Below, piece after piece: positions 53,757 to 64,000 of a stretch of DNA of 64,000 bases. Made by a program: the position numbers and the translations under genes. Source of the stretch: Corallochytrium limacisporum Hawaii. Lineage: Eukaryota; Protista; Pluriformea. The stretch covers positions 227,357 to 291,356 of the forward strand of contig PDIP01000017.1 of NCBI GenBank assembly GCA_002811645.1, given 5' to 3'. A model generated the notes under the pieces. It saw only the letters and a list, made by a program, of their open reading frames with translations. It made no database searches and had not been told where the DNA came from. How positions within the stretch are numbered: the stretch's first letter is position 1; the number at the start of each line of letters is the position of its first letter.

Positions 53757-56460
53757 AACACCGGCGGAAGAGAAGGACGGATAGATAGATAGAGGGCGCC
53801 TAAAACTGGCAGCAGGAGTGGAGAGAGACATATTAAGGAATATGAAAGAGTGAAAGTGAGCATTAAAGTATACGTTGTGAGGATACTGTTCACACACCCC
53901 AAATCATATGTTCGCTTCCTTCGCACAATTTCATAACGTTCTCCGTCGGAGGTACACTCTATGGGTTGTGTGTGGGAAATGAGAGCTTGTTGACAGAACG
54001 AATCACGAAAAAAAGGGGAGGGAAATACGAACGTTTGGGTGATGACTGGTGGGAAGGTTAGGTCTACAAGTAGCGTGTGTCCTTGACTAACGAATGGGTG
54101 GGCTCCGGAGCGCAGGGCTGTCAAAAAAAGCCTGAGCGTTTTCCCTCATACCTAGCGAGTGACCCAAATCCCCCCCTCTTGTCCAACACTGCTGTACAGG
54201 TCTGTTGACAGAGCAGGGCGAAATGACTCCACGAAACACACTTTCTTTCGCGTTCTCGTTTATCCCGGAAAATTTTCTTTTTCCAACAATTCTCAGTCAT
54301 TTTGAAACAGACACCACTCTTGGTGAGGAGACCACCTGTTGGATAATGAGAAGCTAGAAAAGAAATTTCGTCTCTTATCCGTATTTGAAAAACAGTCCAT
54401 GGTTGAGAGCTTGTGGGTATGTCGGGTTTTATCGTTCTTTGCTATGGCAGGCCATGGCAGGCCACAGTACAAACTACCAATTTGACGCACTCCCGGATTC
54501 AACTCAACCCACCGACGCCGCCTGCCGTCTTGCGTTGTTTACGGCCCCGGGGTGGAATTGTGAGATGATGGAACCAGGACATGCGTTTTCAATTCATTAA
54601 GTATAGGCCAGCGACAATTGGGACCGTGGTGCAGGGTGTCGAACAGACTCGGTATACCCCGTCTGTGGCGTCACTGTCTTCCAGGAGTGCGGCATTGCTT
54701 CAGACCACTTCGGAGACCAGCTCTCGGACCTGCGAGACTACTACTAACAGGTCCAATTTATGCATTGGTCCTACTTGTGAGGATTTTCCGGTATAGAATG
54801 ATTGACCAACGGACTCCTGATAGACATCTACGGCGGGTCAATGGGAGGACAGGAGGATGGGTGTAGGTACGTCCGCGAGACGGGCAGAGATTTGCGATAT
54901 TCACGGGGGAGGAAGAAAGAAATTTCTTTGTCGGGCCACTATCTCTGGGCTCGTTCTCTCGAAAGCCACCCACCGCAGACTTTAAGAGAATCTTGTCCTC
55001 AACTAATGACTTGTTGATAGGGTTCACAATACGAATTCTTGTTCATGGATTCAATATAAAACAGTATATCCCCGGCATTGATAGATGAACAGTACCTGTC
55101 CAAGTTTTCAAAATTAGATTCAAATTAGGAGGTGTGAATGATGAGTATTGTTCTTCCGATGGAATAGTCGGTGTGGGGCGTAGGCAAAAAACGACAGGAA
55201 AAAAGTTCCCGTTGGTTTATTGCGTTGCGACACTTTTGTACTCCCGAACTTTTCTTCCCCTCTAGCCTGGCTTTTGACGTGTCTCGATGGCATTGTTTCT
55301 AATGAACAAGGACGACGTGAGCGGGCGTCTCACTTCAGTACTAAATAAACTGCGGGACGGAAAATCTTCCATAGTCTTGCCACTGGTCGTGCCGGTTGTG
55401 CCTTCCTGAGGTCTGAGCGATACTATGATCATGTGGATTACTGCGGTGGTCAGTGCTTGCGCAAATAATTGGAGGGGAAAAGAGGACAAGTGGGACGGCA
55501 GCAGTCGTTCAGTTTGTCCCTGACTTTCGGATGCTTGATCTATTTTCGGAACTTTCTATACAAAATGAATGGTGCGACCGTGCCACTTTCTAAGTGAGTT
55601 GACGATCTGGGAGGAGAGGGAGTGGAGGGGGGAGGGGAAAGACATGGTCACCAGACAGGTCCCATAAAGGCTAAGAGAAGACCCAAAGGGCTGGACATTA
55701 AGAGGAGAAATGATTTGGCTATTGACGAAGACAATAAGCAAGACAAACCAAAGGCGGCTATGAAACAGGGGAGGGGGAGGCGAAGAGGCCGAGGGGAAAG
55801 TCAGAGGAAATATTGAGGAAATATTGAAAATGAGGTCCCCCACACCCAGAGTACGGGAGGAGGGAAAGGGGAACGAGAAACTTTTTCTTCGTAGGCTTTT
55901 TTTCACGTAACCCAATTCGGTACCAATATCTCCCCCTTGTTCTTCCCGGTCTTTCTTCTATAGATTTCGCATAGACTTGCCGCAAAAAGGGCGTGCCCTA
56001 CGCGGTGCTGGTGCCGTGGTCGTTAATGTGTGGTGAATGTAGTCGTCCAAATGAGACAGTGGGTCTGGTTTTCACCGCTTTTGTTCCCTTTTGGCGATGT
56101 CCATAGCTTTCACCTGCCCTGCGGAAAAAAAGGGGAAAAGAAAGGATCGATTGCAGAATTTGCAAATGTTTTCGTGCTCGGTTGTGTTACCGCAAAACAT
56201 ACCCTGTTGGTTAGCGTGGAAGAAAACGGATGGCAAGGTATTCGATAGATCGAACCCAATCCTTTTTACTCTCAAGTATTTTCCTTGTATCGTTCAACTT
56301 ACGGTCGTAATTACAACGGGAATATTTTGCTGCAAACAAAGTTCAACCAATGTCTGTCTAGCAAAGAATCTACAGGTTTTTAAATAAAAAAACAAATCCT
56401 TGACAACAAGGAGTTCGTTCGCAGCACACTTAAAATCCACACACAAGTACAGATACTTTC

Positions 56461-57525
56461 ATGTTGGCAAAAATGAGCCCTCTTGAAAGCCAGAGTCAGA
56501 AAATGACACCTTTAGGTGATACAATGGAACATTATCGCATTATTAAGCTGTTGGGCAGCGGATCCACCGCCCATGTGTACAGTGCAGAGGAAAAGGAAAC
56601 TAAAACCAGCGTGGCGCTCAAGATCATGGCCAAGTCAAAGTCTGGCCGGCGTCTGTATGCCAGTGAGGTATACTTTGCCTCGAGATTGCAGCACCCCGGT
56701 CTGTGCGGTTTGCTCGCTCATTTCGAAACTTCAGAGTACCTCGTATTGGTGTACGAGAATGCGGACAAGGGTGACTTGTTCATGTCCATCGAGCCTGATG
56801 TTGGCTTGAAGATCTCTCGTGCAATGCGGTATATGCGCCAGGCTATGCTTGCTATTGAGTACATGCATGTGAACAACTTTGTTCATCGGGATATTAAGCC
56901 GGAAAATGTTGTTCTCTTCTCTGACGGCAGCGCAAAACTAATTGATTTCGGGTTTACAACTGAGTTGGCACAGGGATCAGAGTGCAGGGGTCTGGGTCGC
57001 GGCACTAAAGCATACCTCGCACCGGAGGCATATCTGAAGCTTCCTAACATGGACGAGAAAGCAGTCGATGTCTGGGCGCTGGGTGTTACTTTCTTTGCTG
57101 TTCTTACTGGCAGCTTCCCTTGGCGCACTCCTACCCCGAGCAGTCCCGAGTTTGTCAAGTACTGCCGAGGGGAATTTGACTGTGGCCCATGGAACTCCAT
57201 CAACCCCATTCTGTTGACTCTACTGCGCAAGATGCTGGTCGTCCGCCCTAAGGCACGCGCCACTATTACTGAAGCTCGTCAGTTCCTGGATGAGCATTGG
57301 TATGAGATCTTCCAGCTGGAGTATCAGCGCCAGAACCGCGGCCGGGATGCTATTACGCGGTCATCATTCCCATCGGCACCGAACCATCCAAACGAGCAGT
57401 TTGAGGAGAGCAGCACACAAAACGAGGACCCCAAGTCTACTTCCGACGAGTCACAGGATGGCATGGATATGGAAGAAGCGGAAAAAGATTACCATCAGCG
57501 TCTGTCAGTGGTAGGTCTCGTATAG
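56461..57525 (+). CDS. Ser/Thr protein kinase, SBK/NKF1-like
   Basis: LGSGSTAHV, VALK, GDLF.SIEPDVGL, HRDIKPENVVLF, DFG, APE, DVWALG, VLTGSFPW. Confidence 0.9.
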   Translation: MLAKMSPLESQSQKMTPLGDTMEHYRIIKLLGSGSTAHVYSAEEKETKTSVALKIMAKSKSGRRLYASEVYFASRLQHPGLCGLLAHFETSEYLVLVYENADKGDLFMSIEPDVGLKISRAMRYMRQAMLAIEYMHVNNFVHRDIKPENVVLFSDGSAKLIDFGFTTELAQGSECRGLGRGTKAYLAPEAYLKLPNMDEKAVDVWALGVTFFAVLTGSFPWRTPTPSSPEFVKYCRGEFDCGPWNSINPILLTLLRKMLVVRPKARATITEARQFLDEHWYEIFQLEYQRQNRGRDAITRSSFPSAPNHPNEQFEESSTQNEDPKSTSDESQDGMDMEEAEKDYHQRLSVVGLV

Positions 57526-57557
57526 AGTCTCTAATGCTCGTGATATGTGAAAACAGT

Positions 57558-58509
57558 TCAATGCAGTAGGTGGTGCATCATTACTGCCACTACTTGCTTC
57601 CCAGAATATTTACCACCACGATTCGGTTTGACTACTAAGTCGTGATCTATAGAAAAGGGTCCTTGTTTGGTTCGCGTGAGGTGCGTCATGTACCCCACCG
57701 TGTCTAAGTCGCGGGAAATGTCACGGATAAGGCTCCGGACATACGTACCGCCGTCACAGGAAACCCCTGTTACATAGGAATGAACGGACATTGATTGTCC
57801 GAAAAATGGCATAATCGGTTAGTGCATCCATCATCAGTGCACTCAGAAGGTCATCAGGAACATTTACATAAAGAAATACATAGCGTCACATATGAAAAAG
57901 AGTCAATTTGTAGTGCCTGGTTGCTTCGTACTTACGTATTGAAAATTCCGGCGGTTGAAAGCTTTGAACTGTACAGCTGTGAATCATGACTTGGCGGGTT
58001 TGGAGAGTAACTTGTTCACCTTCGCGAACAAGATCTGATGCTCGTTTGCCGCCAACTTTGAGGGCAGAATACAGGGGTGGAATTTGCGAAATTTCACCCT
58101 TGTACTTCCTGCATACTGATTGCAGTTGGTCTTCTGTAATGTGTTCAAAGGGCATCACCTTAGTGACATCCGTGTCGGCATCAAGGCTCGGAGTTTCCTT
58201 TCCCAGGACTCCAGTCGCTTCGTATTCTTTTGTCCCTTTTAGGAAGTGATGTAGTTGCTTGCATCCTTTTCCAACCCCAATGACCAGTATTCCTTCCGCC
58301 GCCATATCCAGAGTGCCACCGTGTCCAACCTTGAACTGTTGGTTGCGTCCCTTCACAGGAGGACCCTCTTTGTGCTTCGCCGCAAGAATTGCCTGTTTCA
58401 CAATACTTTTTTTTATGGCCGCGACGACGTCTGCACTAGTCAGCCCGGAAGGCTTGATGACCGGAAACACCGCGTCAATGGCCCCAAGACCTCGCGCGAA
58501 GATGGACAT
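57558..58509 (-). CDS. TRUB1: tRNA pseudouridine-55 synthase TruB/Pus4; exons 58509-57936 and 57766-57558
   Basis: KPSGLTS, KVGHGGTLD, QIPPLYSALK. Splicing 57767-57935 restores FSIRVSCDGGTYVRSL and LTRTKQGPF. Confidence 0.93.
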
Positions 58510-59110
58510 TATTTGGGGATCTGTGTATCCACATCGGCAGAGTTCATTGAATCATGTAATCATGGTCACAGCTATGAATCCTATACCATGGCCTTGTATG
58601 TATGATCACAACAGTCCCCGTCACAGAAATGGGTTTGAATACCCACACGTAAGACCGACTGAGGACTTCCCTTCATGCGAGCCAACGGTAGCCAACTTCG
58701 TCTCTGTTGCTGTTCAATCATTTGTGGGAGGGGCGGGAAATAGTGTTTACATATATTGATTTCCGTAGAGCGACGAAGAATGGAGAACCGGATGACTTGA
58801 CTGGGAAGGAGCTGGGCACGAAAGAGGAATAGCTTGCAGGGACCACCCCTCTCTCCTACTCCACCCCTCGGGGACAGAGTACATCGCGTTCTCGGTCTGG
58901 CCCCACCGGGTCACTGTGTTTGGGGGGTCCCGCTCATGAGAGACTACCACGGGGTCCCTCTAGTTCCGAGCAACATTGCTGTCTTGTCGCGGTTGGTACT
59001 TGAAGGCTTTGTGCGTTCTTCTAGCTTATTATGCCGAAACGTCAAATTGTCGTTTTATTATGGATCGATGGATAAGAGTTCGGCCTGCACCCAGAAACCA
59101 ATTCTGCACC

Positions 59111-59899
59111 ATGTCGTTATTCCGGCCATGCATTGATCTCCACCATGGAGTGGTTAAGCAGATTGTGGGTGGGACTTTGACGGATAATGATTCGTCACTG
59201 AAAACAAACTTTGTATCAGATCAGTCACCTGAGAGCTATGCCCTCCGGTATAAGGAAGATGACCTTCGGGGTGGTCATGTTATTAAATTGGGCCCCGGTA
59301 ATGAAGAGGCCGCGGAGAAGATCCTGGCTGCATGGCCAGACGGCTTGCAGTTGGGCGGGGGCATCAACCCTGGGAATGCTAGAAAGTATGTAGACATGGG
59401 TGCAAGCAAAGTCATTGTGACCAGCTATCTCTTTCCAGACGGTGAACTCAGCATGGACCGCATTGTGGAAATGGAGAATGTGGTTGGTAAAGATAGGCTT
59501 GTATTGGACTTGAGTTGTCGGAAACGTGACGACAAGTGGTTTGTAGCAACAAATCGCTGGCAGACAGTAACATCGACTGAGGTGTCGCCAGCGACGATCA
59601 AGCAGCTTAGTGAGCACTGCTCTGAATTCCTCATTCATGCCGCTGACGTCGAAGGGCTTTGTAATGGTGTTGATATAGAACTGGTTCGTATGTTGGGCAC
59701 TTGCGTTGAGCTGCCGTGCACATATGCTGGAGGTGCGCGCAATATTAAGGATCTTGAGATGGTTGAAGAAGTTTCCCACGGAAAGGTCGACTTGACCTTT
59801 GGTAGCGCTTTGGACATTTTCGGTGGCAGTGGTGTAAAATATGAGGAGCTTGTGGCATGGAACAAAGACCGGACGAACAAGACTTTGAAAACTGTGTAG
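59111..59899 (+). CDS. HIS6: ProFAR isomerase (histidine biosynthesis), eukaryotic type
   Basis: FRPCIDLHHGVVKQIVGGTL, LVLDLSCR, EFLIHAADVEGL, DLTFGSALDIFGG. Confidence 0.96.
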   Translation: MSLFRPCIDLHHGVVKQIVGGTLTDNDSSLKTNFVSDQSPESYALRYKEDDLRGGHVIKLGPGNEEAAEKILAAWPDGLQLGGGINPGNARKYVDMGASKVIVTSYLFPDGELSMDRIVEMENVVGKDRLVLDLSCRKRDDKWFVATNRWQTVTSTEVSPATIKQLSEHCSEFLIHAADVEGLCNGVDIELVRMLGTCVELPCTYAGGARNIKDLEMVEEVSHGKVDLTFGSALDIFGGSGVKYEELVAWNKDRTNKTLKTV

Positions 59900-60027
59900 A
59901 TTAAATAGACTAAGATCATAACGTGCAATGATGTCTTCCTTTATGATTTGATGATATGTAAAACTATGAACAGAAATGAGTCCGAAGCCGGTCGGTTGCC
60001 AAGAAAAAGTCTCAAGAGATATTAAGG

Positions 60028-60303
60028 TTAAACTCCCGCTGCTTGAGCCTGTGCTCCAGCAGAAGACTTGGCCGGCAAGTCGGTCCGAGGACGACGGAAG
60101 AGGAGGACGTGGGGCTCGGGCTTATGGATCATGTAGTGAATCCATCCGCGGCTCTGCTGAACTCCCAGATTGCGCCACTCAGTCTCGGACATGAGTTTGT
60201 TCTTAGGCATCTTCTTTACCAATTCCTGGGGGATAATGACATGACGGTACTCGAACTCTTCGTCGTAGTACTTGTCAGAGTACAAAATATCACGGGACGA
60301 CAT
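60028..60303 (-). CDS. CKS1: Cyclin-dependent kinase regulatory subunit Cks1/Suc1
   Basis: [42 protein letters not shown]. Confidence 0.98.
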   Translation of the reverse strand: MSSRDILYSDKYYDEEFEYRHVIIPQELVKKMPKNKLMSETEWRNLGVQQSRGWIHYMIHKPEPHVLLFRRPRTDLPAKSSAGAQAQAAGV

Positions 60304-60920
60304 CTTGGTTTTATATCTTTCCAAACTTGGAATTCAAAACTATAGCCTACAGATCGCAAGTGGTCTTAGCTAAGCACGTCCGTGAACACTCTCGAAATAC
60401 CTTCGTGTACTTGGCTGTTGCAATTCACGTCTACTTGCACGGGTAACTACTTAAGCACTGCGTCTATTAGCCGTCTGCTGACAACAATAAATGTACAAGA
60501 GACAATGTTGATGATGCTGCTGTGGCGACATAGGAACGGATGCGGTTGCTGTGTGCAATCTTGTGTCTGTGCAGACACCCAGCATTTCCGACCGTGAGTC
60601 TACCGAAGAGCGGTGTGAGCAGACGTTTGCACAACCCCCACCCACGAAATCCATACTGAAAGGATAGGAAATAATTCAGAAAGCTTGATTTGCGCAGGAT
60701 CAAGTGTGGGCAAGCCACAGACATAAGTCTCCTGGTGGGACCATGGGAGAAGGTAAAGCAGTCACCAGCCCAGGAGTCTCTGATAGTGTTTGGATTTTCC
60801 GCGCCACCCCCGGTCCCCCTACTGAAAGAAGGGCATTGGAAACAGCGGGCCAGGAAGCGCGAAAGGATTTTTACTTTCCATGTTTTCTCTTCACTCTGTG
60901 TGCTCCTAGTGAAAAAAAAA

Positions 60921-60936
60921 CCCCCCCCCCCGGGGG
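60921..60936. promoter_or_regulatory. C11-G5 element in the CKS1/HDAC divergent region
   Basis: aaaaaaaa-ccccccccccc-ggggg. Confidence 0.5.
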
Positions 60937-61316
60937 CCGCTTTAAGTGCCCTCGGCGTGGGCCGCACGCAGCCTTTGGCTATGCGATTTGTACGGAACAA
61001 ATTCGAGCAAATTTGAAAGGGAGGAAGACGTGTACAGGCATTGGAAACGAGGCTGAGACGCGGACGGGCTTGGGGCCTATTTTTCCCAGCGTCTCGTTGT
61101 CGTGGATCAATAAACCTGGGAGGGTATCGGGAAGAGGGGTCTCCAGCTTTTGTGCACGAGCCACGGAAGATCTCTGATGCCTCTTGAGGATATCAGGGTT
61201 GGTCTCCCACCATATTGCAGGTGGTATGAAAGACGTCCATTGTTATTCAGGCAGCCATAAATGTACATGGGCAACCATGATGAGCGGAGACCACTGCTGA
61301 ACATGTGACCTACGTC

Positions 61317-62438
61317 ATGGCAGGGAGACCTCCTGCCTTCGTGTACGATCCTTTCTTGGAGAAGCACCAAGGCAAACCTGGTGGATCGGAAACTCCAGCA
61401 CGAACCAAGACAGTATTTGAGCACTTGCAGTACTGTGGGACTTTGTCTAAAGTACTGCTTGTGAAAGCAAAAGATTCTCCACTCAATTCGATACTGGCAG
61501 TGCACCCCATGGAACACGTTTACCACATCGAGGGGTTGCAAGAGGTTGCTAGGTCAAAGACTGGAGAAAGTGAGGCCAAGCCAGGGACAGAATACATCAC
61601 AGCTGATACATATGTGAACTCCTACACATGGGACTGTGCTCGAAGAGCGGCTGGTGGATTGCTTGAACTTATCGACGTGTGCGCTGTGCTGCGGGCATGC
61701 AATGGATTTGCGCTTATCCGCCCCCTTGGACATCATTGCTCAGCAATGGAAGCCGGAGGATTTTGCTACTTGAACAATGTAGCGATAGGGGTACGAACCA
61801 TCCAGGCCAAGAATCCTCCGTCCACGCGCATTGCTATTTTTGATTGGGACGTACACCACGGCAATGGTACCGAGGAAATATTTTACGATGATCCTAACGT
61901 ACTATACATATCGATACATCGTTACGATGACGGAGATTACTATCCGGGAACTGGTGCTATTCACCGTGTCGGAAACAAGAAACGGACGGCAAGTCTCGGA
62001 AAAAATGTAAACCTCCCGATCAATCCGGATTTGACCACTGAGGCCCCGGGACGAGCCCTGTGGATCCGCTATTTTACAGATATTGTCTTGCCCATCATCT
62101 CTCAATTCGAAGCAGAGTATCTGTTTGTTAGTGCCGGATTTGATGCGCTGGAAGGAGATCCGAAGGGTGGGATGGGTGTGAAAATCCAGGACTACATTTC
62201 TATGGCACGCCATCTCATTGGCCTTCGCTCTTCAAAAGGGCGTACATTCTTCGTGCTTGAAGGAGGATACAACACTGAAAACATGCCGAAGGCAATCGAT
62301 GGCATCATCAATGAGATGCTCCGACCTGAAGTACCACTGGTGGACCAGGACTTCGATTACTGTAAATTGAATCAGGAGGATTTTGAAATGCTGAGCGAGG
62401 CACTTGAGGTTCACAAAAGGTACTGGAACCTGCAATGA
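61317..62438 (+). CDS. Single-domain class II (HDAC6/10/Hda1-like) deacetylase
   Basis: RPLGHH, GFCYLNNVA, DWDVHHGNGT, SIHRY, SAGFDALEGDPKG, LEGGY. Confidence 0.93.
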   Translation: MAGRPPAFVYDPFLEKHQGKPGGSETPARTKTVFEHLQYCGTLSKVLLVKAKDSPLNSILAVHPMEHVYHIEGLQEVARSKTGESEAKPGTEYITADTYVNSYTWDCARRAAGGLLELIDVCAVLRACNGFALIRPLGHHCSAMEAGGFCYLNNVAIGVRTIQAKNPPSTRIAIFDWDVHHGNGTEEIFYDDPNVLYISIHRYDDGDYYPGTGAIHRVGNKKRTASLGKNVNLPINPDLTTEAPGRALWIRYFTDIVLPIISQFEAEYLFVSAGFDALEGDPKGGMGVKIQDYISMARHLIGLRSSKGRTFFVLEGGYNTENMPKAIDGIINEMLRPEVPLVDQDFDYCKLNQEDFEMLSEALEVHKRYWNLQ

Positions 62439-62499
62439 ACTGCGACTAAGCGGATATCTGAGATAAAGAAACTTATACTAAATTGCACAGATACTCTAT

Positions 62500-63690
62500 C
62501 TAATTCTTTGGAGCGTTTCGACGCTCACGACGAGCTGCACGCTCCGCTTCGATACGTTCCATTTCCACCACCGCTGGGCGCTTGTACTTCGTGTCAGTGG
62601 GTTCACCTTGAGCCCATTTGATCTCATCGGTCAATGGTAAAAAGGGGAGGTAATGTCCCTGTTGATGGCGATGTTTGTTCTTGATAGGACGGCCCGAGCT
62701 GACCTTGTTATAGCCCATTTTTTCCATGCGCTCTACGAGTTGATCAAGGTATGCCTGATGTTCGGCATGATTCGCACGCACACGGTCAAGCTTGCCAGTG
62801 TCGACCTCCTCAGGCACGTCCGTGTTCGGAGGCATTTCTTCGCCTAGGACTGCCTTCTTCATATGCTCAATCGTCCAGATGCGTTGATTCAAGTCGTATG
62901 AAGGGTTATTTGACACAGCAACAGCAACCTGATGCACCATGTCATACTCTACACTGTCCTCATCAAGATCTTCATAGATGTAGTGGAAGTCTGACCACTC
63001 TTTGACCGCGTCATAGTTGGCTCGGTAGTCAAACTGCGCCGGTGCTTTCCATGCTTCCATTTCAGCCCAAAAGAGATCGTGCACCGTGACTTCCCTCGTG
63101 TTATCGACCGGAACCCGACCCTGCTGGAATTCTGATGCTAGTGTGACTGGGTGTTCGTCAATTTTCTGAATCTTAAACTCCTCAGCAAGGTTATCTCCAA
63201 TCAGTTGTACGTTTTGGTCGGTCTCATCGGCTAGGCTTGTTACTCGGTCAGCATCTTCTTTGTATGTCTCGATCTCATGGTTATAATCGAGAAGTTCCCG
63301 GTCCTCGAAGAGACCCAAACGTTCGCCATTCATTAGTGTGACGGCCATCCGCTTATCATGCACACTGGGCTGGAACTCAGCCAAGGGCATGAAATGACTA
63401 GACCCCTTGCCACCCTCAGGTGCACTTGCACGCTCTTTGCCGAGTGCCAAGATACTTGCAAGGCTCATCTTTGGTCGATTTGTAGCCCCTGGTGCTGATC
63501 CTCCCTCCGCAACTCTGCCGTCAGTTTCCGGCTTCTTGGTTCTGCGGAGGAGCTCATCGAGTGCACCTCCCGAACCTTTGCCTTCATCGCCACCTGCCTT
63601 TTCCGCAAATCCCGCCCTGACACTAGTAAACACGCGGGTGACACCACCGGCTCGCGGTTGTGATCGCCGACCTACCCGACTAAGCAACAT
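62500..63690 (-). CDS. MRPS31: Mitochondrial ribosomal protein mS31-like
   Basis: Presequence-like MLLSRVGRR, GERLGLF, and VHQVAVAVSNNPSYDLNQRIWTIEH resembling the mS31 C-terminal motif (ELV..GLSKNPY...QK..HIEW). Confidence 0.6.
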   Translation of the reverse strand: MLLSRVGRRSQPRAGGVTRVFTSVRAGFAEKAGGDEGKGSGGALDELLRRTKKPETDGRVAEGGSAPGATNRPKMSLASILALGKERASAPEGGKGSSHFMPLAEFQPSVHDKRMAVTLMNGERLGLFEDRELLDYNHEIETYKEDADRVTSLADETDQNVQLIGDNLAEEFKIQKIDEHPVTLASEFQQGRVPVDNTREVTVHDLFWAEMEAWKAPAQFDYRANYDAVKEWSDFHYIYEDLDEDSVEYDMVHQVAVAVSNNPSYDLNQRIWTIEHMKKAVLGEEMPPNTDVPEEVDTGKLDRVRANHAEHQAYLDQLVERMEKMGYNKVSSGRPIKNKHRHQQGHYLPFLPLTDEIKWAQGEPTDTKYKRPAVVEMERIEAERAARRERRNAPKN

Positions 63691-63930
63691 ATTTGTCAAG
63701 ATTCTGACCAAAGCGCAAGTCTCCGCTCACATGCTCAAAACATGCAGTTTCCCGATCAAACTGTTGGTCGCAAATGATAAGAGTTCAATTCGTTGTGCTA
63801 AGATCGTCGAGCAATGTTATTTAAAATAGCCAAGTCATCGAGTTACTGTCGTATTGAAATCACATGTAAACTGGATGTAAGCACGCCGTTGCACACGCAC
63901 CGACAGTCGGCAATTCTGGTTGTGTATAGT

Positions 63931-63960
63931 CCTCCCCCCCTCCCCGGGGGGGGGGGGGGG
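63931..63960. promoter_or_regulatory. Poly-C/CCGG/G15 upstream element
   Basis: cctccccccctcccc-G15, about 240 nt upstream of MRPS31. Confidence 0.5.
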
Positions 63961-64000
63961 CTGAGACATGGAGGGGGCAAATGCTCATTCTTCTACTGCC

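Overview
Gene-dense, intron-poor eukaryotic nuclear DNA with two N-gaps. HIS6 occurs together with animal-type genes (AGAP, SH2 and PTB-like proteins, an SBK-like kinase, MRPS31) and IFT genes. This points to a unicellular holozoan; a Corallochytrium-like species is my inference. I support about 27 protein-coding loci: MRT4, Asterix/PAT10, IFT122, a degenerate myosin-head/YGN-repeat/SH2 protein, a single-chain BC-BCCP-CT acyl-CoA carboxylase, mitochondrial uL14, a membrane-anchored leishmanolysin, TMLHE, ETFB, a frameshifted IFT46, NSUN5, a DUF1279-like protein, a coiled-coil protein, GCP4, TMED10, STT3, AGAP, an EcKL kinase, a PTB-like protein, ALKBH6, a hypothetical protein, an SBK-like kinase, TruB, HIS6, CKS1, a class II HDAC and MRPS31. 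Twenty-four of these sit in very tight tail-to-tail pairs, and one pair overlaps in coding sequence. The few introns (GTAAGT...CTAAC...AG) include two long ones that each hide a snoRNA: a two-pocket SNORA8/snR31-type H/ACA RNA and a SNORD35/snR73-type C/D RNA. Upstream regions carry recurrent poly-C/CCGG/poly-G elements. The most novel candidates are the apparently motor-dead myosin scaffold with six pY-G-N docking sites plus an SH2 domain, the protease with an EPIY-type signalling tail, and the decaying IFT46 beside an intact IFT122. All homology calls come from motif recognition from memory; no searches were run.
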